A DNA stretch of 64,000 nucleotides from Schmidtea polychroa (lineage: Eukaryota): positions 72,106,001 to 72,170,000 of the forward strand of contig CM097887.1 in the NCBI GenBank assembly GCA_044892525.1, given 5' to 3'. Each line of letters starts with the position of its first letter. The first letter of the stretch is position 1. A model generated the notes under the pieces. It was not told where the DNA came from. It was given only the letters and a program-made list of their open reading frames with translations, and made no database searches. This document shows positions 59,849 through 64,000 of this stretch, piece after piece. A program made the position numbers and the translations under genes.

Positions 59849-61336
59849 ATCTAAATCACAAAACACACATTGAAGCGGTTGAAATTCTTACAGCTCGTAA
59901 ATGTGGTGGATTAGTTCGACTGATTACTGAGACTCCTAAAGACCGTGAGGTACGAATAGAAAATGCTGAAAGACAAAAGGCAAATCCAAAAATGGTTAAA
60001 GTTTTAATTGACAACGTAATTTTGGCAATAAAATTGAACACTTCAATGAATTCTGCGCAGGAAATAAATAACCACGTATCAAAATATGTTGAAATTCCTG
60101 AAAGTTGGCGCAGCAAAAATTATGCCTTTGAATTCGTGGAATGCATAAACCAAGTAGTTTAGAATGAAGATTTCGAGGCTATTAGAAAATCACAATATCA
60201 TTGCTTAATAATTGATGAGAGCCCGGATATTTCTGTTAATAAAATGCTCATAATTTACAAAAGAATTCAGAACAAACTTTAATTAGAAAACCTCTTTGCA
60301 CCTATAATTCAGTTAAGTGCTTGTGACTCTTTATCAATTGTGGCAGCTATCAAAAAATTCTACTCTGATTTTAAGTTGGATATGGCTAAAATGGTAATGA
60401 TGACATCGGACGGAGCTGCGGTTATGCTGAGTGGCTATAATGGAGTAGCAAAGATACTACAACAAGATATTCCATATTTATCAGCTCAGCATTGTGTGGC
60501 TCACAGAGAAAACCTTGGAATTGACGATGCTTGGAGGGGAATACTTTTAATGAAAACTAGAGACTTTATTAAGAACGGTGTTCAGTATATCATCTGTGAA
60601 AAAAGGCAAATTTCAAGATTTAGCTGCAGTAATGGAATGCGATGTTTTGAATTTTAGACCTCTCAATGAGGTAAGGTGGCTTTCGCGGCACTTTGTAGTG
60701 ATTCCATTTTTTCGAAATTATGATGTTTTGATTGAGTATTGCAAAGGTGAAGTTGAAAATTCAAATGATTCAATCTCTAAATATTGTGTTAACGTTCTTA
60801 CTAATTCTTTGAACCGATTAGCTTTAATAGTGCTAAATGATGTTTTAACTGAATTAGCTAAAATGAGCAAATTTTTTCAAAAAAGAGTGCTTTCTCCTAT
60901 GGAATCTCATCAATACGTAAAATCCATTATTAAAAGGATTCGAAGCCAGTATCTTGGAGAAACAATTTTTTGGAGCGAAGAAGAAATAAAACTTCTCAAC
61001 ACAAGCGATAATACCGTTGAAATTGTTGAATTTATCACAAAGAGTGCAGATTTCCAGAAGAAGAAATAAAAGACTGGGCTGCATTTGATCACATATGAAT
61101 CGCAAACAGCAACAACTTTAATTTTGCAAACCAAAACTTACTGAATCTTCTTAACAAATACTCGAAAATTATTCCAAATTATAGTGAAGAAGTGAAGAAG
61201 CAAATTTTAAGCCAATATTCGAATTTTAAATTTTTATACCAAACAAAATTTCACTCTAACGTCGTAAGCAGTTTCGCGGATATGGTAGACCTTGCCAACA
61301 AGGAGGAGGAGTTTCAAGAGCTTTTCTCTTTAATAG

Positions 61337-62835
61337 AAAAAAAAAATCAAATTTTATTTTAATAAATTCCAACTGGCCATAAGGCCGAAGGGGGGAACTT
61401 CCCACCACTTAATTTTTCCTGTTTCTTAATACTTCAAATCTTTTATTGCTAGAGTTGGAAACTCCCGCAATTGGACGTTGGTTGTTGTTCTCCGGTAAGC
61501 ATCATACGGGCAATAGAAGCTAACCATGGCCAAGCATAATCACGCTCGGCCATGGCCCGCATATCAGCACCGGACATTCATTCGTAGGTTAGGAGAGGCT
61601 TTCTTGTTTTCACAATCGCAGTCTCTGTCTGATGAGTTAATTATCTGCCAGAGCCTAGTAGTCCGAGCAGATTCTGTTGTTTAGGAGAGGCTTTCCCGTC
61701 TTAGCAGTCATAGCCTCTGTCTGGCGAGTTTAGTTCTGATATCATTCGGCTAGATCCAAGTGTAGTCCGATTCATCCGCTTTCGCATATGTTGAACTAGC
61801 ATATTGAAGTAGTCCGAGCTGGTTTGGATTAGGAGAGGCTTTCAGGTATAGCTAGAAGTTTTCGGAGTAGAAAGACTCCATTTATTGGAGTTTAATGCCG
61901 TTTTTTCTTCTTCTTTTTATTTTGTTTCTTATTTAGGTTTCTTGGTGCATCATTGGTTAGTTCTTCACAGTTAACATTTTTCCTTATTTGCATATATTCA
62001 TGCATGACTTGGAGCATTTTTGGGTCGGTTTGGATATTATTGAGTAACCTTTGCAGGAGTTTACTACCATCTTCGCTGCAGTGGTTGTCTATTAGGCTAT
62101 CGTCATTCCGGTTGGAGAGTGATGGTATATTTATGGATTCAGAGAGTGTGGGTATCATATTTACGGATTCTGCAATAGTTGGAAAGTCAGAGTAGGATTC
62201 ATAGTAGAATTCTGGATTAATTGGACAGTCTTTCATATTAACGGATTCTGCTATAATTTGAGAGTCTTTAGAATTTCGGAAGTCATCATAATAGGATTCA
62301 GTAATATTTGGGAATTTATCATAATAAGATTCAGTAGTATTTGGGACGTCATTATCATATGATTTATCAGTAGCTGGTAGTTCGGAGTTTGGCGAATTCA
62401 TTGAGTTAGTAAGCATGGATATTTGGTGTAAATGTTCAGGCTTTAGAGGTTCGGATAGGTCTGGATAGGTTGAGATGATCAAGTTTATAATATTATTGAT
62501 ATTGGCGTATTTTTCATTGTTTGGATTAGTAGTTGATTCAAAGTTGGTGGTATTGGAGCCGGAATTTTTATAAGTTGATTCATTGGTATCGCTGCTTTGA
62601 TTAAAGATTTCTTGGTTAGTGATTGATTTTTTTGGAATTGGGCTAGAGTAGTGGGGTCTTGGTAGGTTTATATATATATAAGTTTTCGGCTTCCATATTT
62701 TGACGGTTGGTTTTGGTTGAGCATATTGAGGTTTGTTCGTGGGGAGTCTTATCATCGGTAGTCGTCTGAAGGCCGACGAGCTGCGTATAATTTTTTCGTC
62801 CTCCGAAGGAGGACGAAAAAAATTTTTTGCGTTGT
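61337..62835 (-). mobile_element. Unclassified 1.5-kb insertion with a 287-aa orphan ORF (62755 to 61892), a terminal 14-bp hairpin and internal direct repeats; no TSD
   Basis: Splits the outer transposase codons TTA ATA GA|C ATC GGA; hairpin at 62791-62821; TAGGAGAGGCTTTC three times; A10 at the left end. Confidence 0.65.
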
Positions 62836-64000
62836 CATCGGATCTTTCAAGCATATTGCGAGCGTGGGTTTAGTCAAATGAATGCCATTAAAACAAAGGC
62901 CAGAAACAGATTGGAGACATTTCATTTGGACCATCTCATGCGTATCAAATTATTTTTAAGGCCTGGAGACGAAATTGATGTACAAAGTTTTCAATTTTTG
63001 GAAAAATAATAAAGATCGACGTGGTAATTAAACTAAAATGGAATTTGTTTTTCTAATAATAAAAAAATTCTTATAAAAATAAAAGTCTTAATTTACCAAA
63101 ACAAAATTTTCTCTTGCGCCCAATGTGGTTACTTTTCAAAATATGGGCACATAACGTTATTTTTTCGCGCAGCCCAAAAAAATAAGAGGAACGTTACTTA
63201 CAACTATTTATTCTCTGATCAGCAGTTTCTCTTCGAAACCTCGTCTCCCGCGACCTCTTCCATTTATTCGGTATCAATATTAGCCAAATATTTCTTCGCG
63301 AACCTATTTATCCGCGCTTCTCCTTCTTTTCCTCAAATAATATGTAATCCTATTGTTTCTATTATGTAAACTCCGATCTCGTTCCATTTTTCACAAGCGG
63401 GAGATTTTGCGGGTAAACGAAATATAAAGTCTTGCCAACCGGCTTCACTCGTAGTAGATCTCTATAGGCCTTGGTATCCGTGCATTCATGACCTGTGCTT
63501 TTATTGTGTATACATGATTAAATGAAAATAAAATAATAAAAAACTCTAATCGCACAATTGTGGAAAACTTAAATTCGAAAAGAAATATCAATAAATAAAA
63601 TAAATCTGTCTGTTATCAAGTCATTGTCACTTTGAAAATATAATCATTCCGCATCGGCATTGTTTCTTTAAAGTGGTTTGTTTTTTCCTTGAAAATCTCT
63701 TATAATTTATTTTACGAGTTTCACCTTGTCCTGCACATCAAAGAAATTTTTCTATTTCCTAATATTTATAAATCTGTAGATACCATCATATTATCATTCT
63801 CCAGGATCTTTCTAACTATGAATCATACATCGATTCTAGTTTTCTTTGAGAGTTGATGGATTTCATAATTGTTTGAGGGTTAGGGTTATAGACTTTTATT
63901 TGTCAATCAGAGTTCTCTGCTTTATTAATTTTTTGCTTTTTGCTTCTTTAGTCTTGAGTTTTTCGTGTTTTTGTATCTGGGTTGAAATACCCATTTAAAC

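Larger units (their letters stand above)
58015..63009 (+). pseudogene. Fragmented hAT transposase of ZNF862/C17orf113 type (pieces about 58015-58149, 59857-61336, 62836-63009)
   Basis: CKFC...W..DYLKRHL resumes as HKTHIEAV after the insertion; LIIDESPDIS, TSDGAAVM, HCVAHRENL, VRWLSR, CERGFSQMNAIKTKARNRL. Confidence 0.85.

Noticed and set aside
61625-61680. CTGATGAG as a hammerhead ribozyme core
   Set aside because: No properly placed GAAA or stem pairing found by eye; would need an Infernal search.

Overview
AT-rich eukaryotic (metazoan-like, possibly flatworm; not provable from the sequence) genomic window with two N gaps. The first 20-24 kb hold one apparently young, giant Ty3/Gypsy LTR retroelement on the + strand; its 5' end lies upstream of the window. 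Its Gag has three CCHC knuckles and ubiquitin-like domains. Its 3709-aa polyprotein reads: ubiquitin-like domain, Bcl-2-like domain, internal signal peptide plus chuvirus-type fusion glycoprotein with an REKR furin site and TM helix, protease, RT, RNase H, integrase, two ankyrin modules, and a second signal/TM-bounded segment. Five intronless accessory ORFs follow, including a full-length TRAF. They are separated by short spacers, each with a poly(A)-like hexamer and an AG acceptor just before the ATG, which looks like an operon. Size and cargo recall the giant planarian Burro elements, but the glycoprotein upstream of the protease, the Bcl-2/UBL domains and the spacer layout are the most unusual signals. 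The remaining 40 kb is host DNA: one clear 4-exon RSL24D1/RLP24 gene with 39-53 nt introns, an eIF4A3 pseudogene fragment, many MITEs with verifiable TIRs and TSDs (hAT, piggyBac, Merlin, Tc1/mariner), and a nested transposon stack at 58-63 kb containing an unclassified hairpin-ended, ORF-bearing insertion. All domain calls come from motif recognition by eye; no searches were run.
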